Assembly: GCA_022605425.2 (NCBI GenBank)
Contig: CM061246.1
Location: 1,798,001 to 1,862,000, forward strand
Source of the DNA: Hamiltosporidium tvaerminnensis FI-OER-3-3
Lineage: Eukaryota > Fungi > Microsporidia
Direction: 5' to 3'
DNA length: 64,000 nucleotides
Below the pieces are notes generated by a model. It did no database searches and was not told the DNA's origin. It worked only from the letters and a program-made list of their open reading frames with translations. Positions 62,201 through 64,000 of this stretch are shown here, one piece after another. Each line of letters begins with the position of its first letter. The stretch's first letter is position 1. The position numbers and the translations under genes are program-made.

Positions 62201-62769
62201 ATATTTTGATTTAGTTTTTCTGGTTTCATTTTGCAAAAAAATCATATTTAAATTCTTTAAATCTCTTTTCGGCTGATCTTGAAAGGCTAGTGCCAGAGTT
62301 TAATTGTAAGTAATAGATATGCAATGCACAAATGCTTTTTAAAAAAATAATTGAATTCAAAATTAATTGAATTGGATAAGAGTCTTTTAGCTTCGTATTT
62401 ACACCAAGTTCATACATTTTCTCGAAGTTTTATTTACGCTTTTAACAAAATCTATCTATTTGAAGAAGCATTCTTTAAAATAAAATATAAAAAAATGTTG
62501 AAAGCTAAATAAGAGACAAACATTTAGTCTTTTTATTGATTATTTCTCAATAAATTTAACTGAATTTCTTACATGTTAAGGAACTCCTTAACTATATTAA
62601 TTTCTAAAAAAATATGCTATTATTTTTTTTTATTATATTTTTTGACATGAAATGATGAAAAATATGATTAATTGTTTAAAAAATGTAGGAAACCATATAA
62701 ATTCTCTTTTATTACAACTTCTTCATAATAATACCCAAATATTTTCTTTCTTTGGATAAATTTTTGTAT

Positions 62770-64000
62770 TTATTTCATTTTATTGTGTATTTATCTATGG
62801 AGCCGAAAGCTTAATGAAAAAAACCCAAAGCTGAGAATAAAGACAGATGCAGAATCCCGTGCGGCTAATAATATTATTATTTGATGATCTCAGCTCCCTG
62901 AAAAAGATGAACAAACATTGAAGGAAATGACGGAAGAGGTGAATGAACAATATACGATTAGAAATAAACAAAGAGAAATTGGCTACAAAAAACCCGTGTT
63001 GTGAAGATACAGCCACTCTTTTTCAATGAAAAGGTGTTTAAAAATACTTAAGAACAAAAGAAAATAGCAGAGGAATCCCAAGAAGTATGTCGTTCGAGGA
63101 AGTACAATAAAACATAAAGCACGAGTAAAAACTTTTTCGCAACAAAATTGAATATTAAAAAATTATTTTCTGCAAAATATAAACATCCGATATTATCAAC
63201 CCACTGCCAAATAGAAGTACCTTGTCTTAAACAACTGACTTCTTTAAGTTAGATTATGCAGTGCATGCACTGCTAGTACAGAATAAATACATCTACGCCT
63301 AGGATGTAAATAACGTCTATACCTTCCCCGTAAAGAACTATGAAGAAGTTTATATAGTGTAGACTTTAAAAGCGAATATGATTTTGCAACACTTGGATTG
63401 TCTTGAAAAACATAAAAATATATCGACGAGAAGAGCAGAAAAGCAGCGATCCTAAAGGTTGAAAATAATTATTAAACCCACTTTTCACTAAAAAAAACTT
63501 TTTAAAAATTAAATACGAATTGGAAGAAGAAGTCACTAAGAAAAGTTTAAAAGAAGCTCAACTTGCAAAACTATATAACGAAATAGATAAACAAAACTTC
63601 ATTCAAAGTTATATAATGCAAGAAAAAATGAACTTGTGATTGTTAGTGACTCTTCAAGATAGCTAAAGAAAGGGAATATTAGGCCACGTAATGAAGCTGT
63701 GTTCTGCTATATCCAGGATAGAAATGTATCCTGGGGTGCAGAAGGTATGTGCCAACACTGCAAACAGTCTAGGAAAACGGTAAACCACTTAGCAACGAGA
63801 TATAAAAAAATGCTTGGTCATGACTATACTAGACGACACGATGAAGTGATAAGATTTATGCATTTACTATTGCTAAATAAATATAAGTAAAAGTCTTCGA
63901 AACGATTAGGAGTCACTCAGTACAAGAAATTTTTGATAATCAGATTGCAGAGATAAGAATCGACACCAGAATAAAAACTGGTGTCAAATTTCGAAAAAAA
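62770..64000 (+). mobile_element. Older degenerate R4/Dong-like retrotransposon copy, runs off the window end
   Basis: SRKLNEK, LFDDL, CCEDTA, EAQLAKLYNEI, CYIQDRNV.WG..CQHC, HDYTRRH; many frameshifts. Confidence 0.9.

Noticed and set aside
1-64000. tRNA and rRNA genes
   Set aside because: The GTTCGA-like hits I checked (e.g. 10146, 53633) lack a cloverleaf context, and no rRNA-like tract was seen; a tRNAscan/Infernal run would be needed to exclude them fully.

Overview
Very AT-rich, gene-sparse, intron-poor eukaryotic DNA. It is inferred to be a large-genome microsporidian (Hamiltosporidium-like) from CCC/GGG motifs just before start codons, an intronless RPB2 with a low-complexity insert, secreted LRR-like families and R4-type LINEs. 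Conserved genes: an Sm/LSm protein, a possible ESCRT-III (Snf7-like) protein, RPB8 and RPB2 in tandem, and an RNF126/115-like RING-H2 E3 ligase. Orphan genes: two signal-peptide ORFs, and one intact plus two pseudogenised members of a secreted BTB-like+LRR-like family. The rest is mostly decayed transposons: four copies of an R4/Dong-like RT+RLE non-LTR retrotransposon (one near full length), a decayed full-length RTE LINE, and hAT, Tc1/IS630-like and gypsy remnants. Main findings: (i) an unclassified ~710-bp non-coding dispersed repeat with at least 6 copies of different ages; (ii) a ~225-bp bipartite RTE-derived SINE-like element (RTE 5'UTR fused to the RTE 3' end) nested in one of those copies with a target-site duplication; (iii) a UBA1 3' fragment directly after the RTE tail; (iv) G-rich-then-C-rich quasi-palindromic in-frame inserts in RPB2 and UBA1. 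All alignments were done by eye.
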